NCBI GenBank assembly: GCA_963817895.1
Contig: CAWFQB010000003.1
Span: 544,001 to 608,000, forward strand
Origin: an uncultured Chthonomonadaceae bacterium
GTDB taxonomy: Bacteria > Armatimonadota > Chthonomonadetes > Chthonomonadales > Chthonomonadaceae
Direction: 5' to 3'
DNA: 64,000 nt
Shown: piece by piece, positions 63,010-64,000 of the stretch
Numbering within the stretch: the first letter of the stretch is position 1
Layout of the letters: the number at the start of each line of letters is the position of its first letter
Notes under the pieces: model-generated
What the model was told of the DNA's origin: nothing
Databases searched by the model: none
Seen by the model: only the letters and a program-made list of their open reading frames with translations
Program-made: the position numbers and the translations under genes

Positions 63010-63555
63010 CTATGCTCTGTTCCTGCCGGCTGTTTTCATACACCCGGCAGGAGTCGATTCAAGAGCTTGCGGCAGGGCGGCGCGCAGCCGTTCATACACG
63101 ACCGGCAGGCTTTCGGGGATAACGCGGGTATCGGCCAGCACGGTCATGAAGTTGGTGTCGCCGTTCCAGCGCGGCACAATGTGCCAGTGCAGATGGTCGG
63201 CAATGCCCGCGCCCGCCACGCGCCCCATGTTCAGGCCGCAGTTAAAAGCGTGCGGCGCAAACGCGGCTTGCAGCATCCGTATAGAGACGCGCGTCAACTC
63301 CATCACTTCCAGCATCTCTTCGGGCGTATAGGCTTCCAGACTGGCGGTATGCCGGTAGGGAACCACCATCAGATGCCCGTTGCTGTAGGGAAAAGCGTTT
63401 AGAATAATGAAGGCGTGTTTGCCCCGATGGACAATGAAATTCTCCGCATCATGTTCTTCCCCTTCGGCGGGAAAGTCGCAGAAAATGCAGCCATGCTGCT
63501 TGTCCGCCGCCTCGATATACTTTAAGCGCCAGGGCGCCCAGAGTTGTTCCGCCAT
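63010..63555 (-). CDS. HIT family hydrolase
   Basis: LWAPWR, CIFC, N.FPY..GH.MV.PY.H, AGAGI..HLHWHIVPRW.GD. Confidence 0.92.
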   Translation of the reverse strand: MAEQLWAPWRLKYIEAADKQHGCIFCDFPAEGEEHDAENFIVHRGKHAFIILNAFPYSNGHLMVVPYRHTASLEAYTPEEMLEVMELTRVSIRMLQAAFAPHAFNCGLNMGRVAGAGIADHLHWHIVPRWNGDTNFMTVLADTRVIPESLPVVYERLRAALPQALESTPAGCMKTAGRNRA

Positions 63556-63583
63556 ATCGTAAAATTACCTCAACAGGATAAAC

Positions 63584-64000
63584 TTACTCGCACCAGGGAT
63601 ACGACCAGCCGTGCCGCCAGGCGTGAGAATGAAGTTGGGCTATGATTTCTTCGGACAGGCGGGCATCGGATGCCGTCATGTTGGCGTCCACATTGGCTAA
63701 ACGGCGCATCCCCGGCAGCACGGAAGACACGGCGGGATGATGCAGGCAATAGCGCAGGGCAAGCAGGGCAAGCGTGGGCGTATCGGCATCCAGAAACGCT
63801 TTCAGGGGCGCGACATGAGATTCCACTTCGGCAAGGCGTTCGGGCGTAAAGTATTGACCTCGCCAGTCGTCCGGGTGAAAGGTCGCGCCCGGACGCAGGG
63901 TTCCCGTCAGCGCGCCCTCTTCAAAGGGAACGCGGGGCAGAATTCCCACGCCATTGGCAAGCGCGGCGGGAAACAAATCCTGCTCCGGGGCCTGCTCGAA
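63584..64000 (-). CDS. aldo/keto reductase, 5'-truncated by window edge
   Basis: RVP...G.LTG, ALRYCL.HPAVS.V.PG....V..N. Confidence 0.85.
   Translation of the reverse strand, partial: FEQAPEQDLFPAALANGVGILPRVPFEEGALTGTLRPGATFHPDDWRGQYFTPERLAEVESHVAPLKAFLDADTPTLALLALRYCLHHPAVSSVLPGMRRLANVDANMTASDARLSEEIIAQLHSHAWRHGWSYPWCE

Noticed and set aside
1..64000. tRNA, rRNA, riboswitch or prophage
   Set aside because: None recognisable by eye; a covariance-model scan was not possible. PolB has no phage neighbours.

Overview
GC-rich bacterial chromosome segment. PEP-CTERM proteins, several SARP/BTAD-ATPase-TPR regulators and dockerin-tailed secreted proteins suggest an Armatimonadota-like soil or aquatic bacterium; this is inference only. 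Housekeeping and metabolic genes (pgl, cbiX-like, class I fumarase, DPP-IV-type S9 peptidase, Thg1-like, GH4, DAHP synthase, murJ, family-B DNA polymerase, UDG, HIT) are mixed with accessory genes. These include an IS701-like element, a MITE, VapBC, Rpn-like, DUF1016, DUF3644, an ABC/AAA ATPase plus putative nuclease pair, and secreted S53/BNR/CBM/PEP-CTERM proteins. About 15 genes carry apparent small frameshifts, probably largely long-read assembly error. Main discoveries: (1) each of three paralogous SARP-ATPase-TPR regulators sits next to a promoter with the same geometry, heptamer repeats in 11-bp phase ending exactly 8 nt before a -10 hexamer, but with a paralog-specific heptamer; two of the three targets include PEP-CTERM surface proteins. 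(2) A family of composite 7/8/9-mer tandem-repeat cassettes occurs between genes and inside conserved genes (cbiX, DPP-IV, PolB, DUF2961 signal peptide), with a 30-nt block identical between two unrelated genes. (3) An Rpn-like gene is broken by a 17-bp tandem duplication while its putative internal antitoxin ORF stays intact. (4) Four C:G>T:A nonsense codons cluster in about 2.7 kb.
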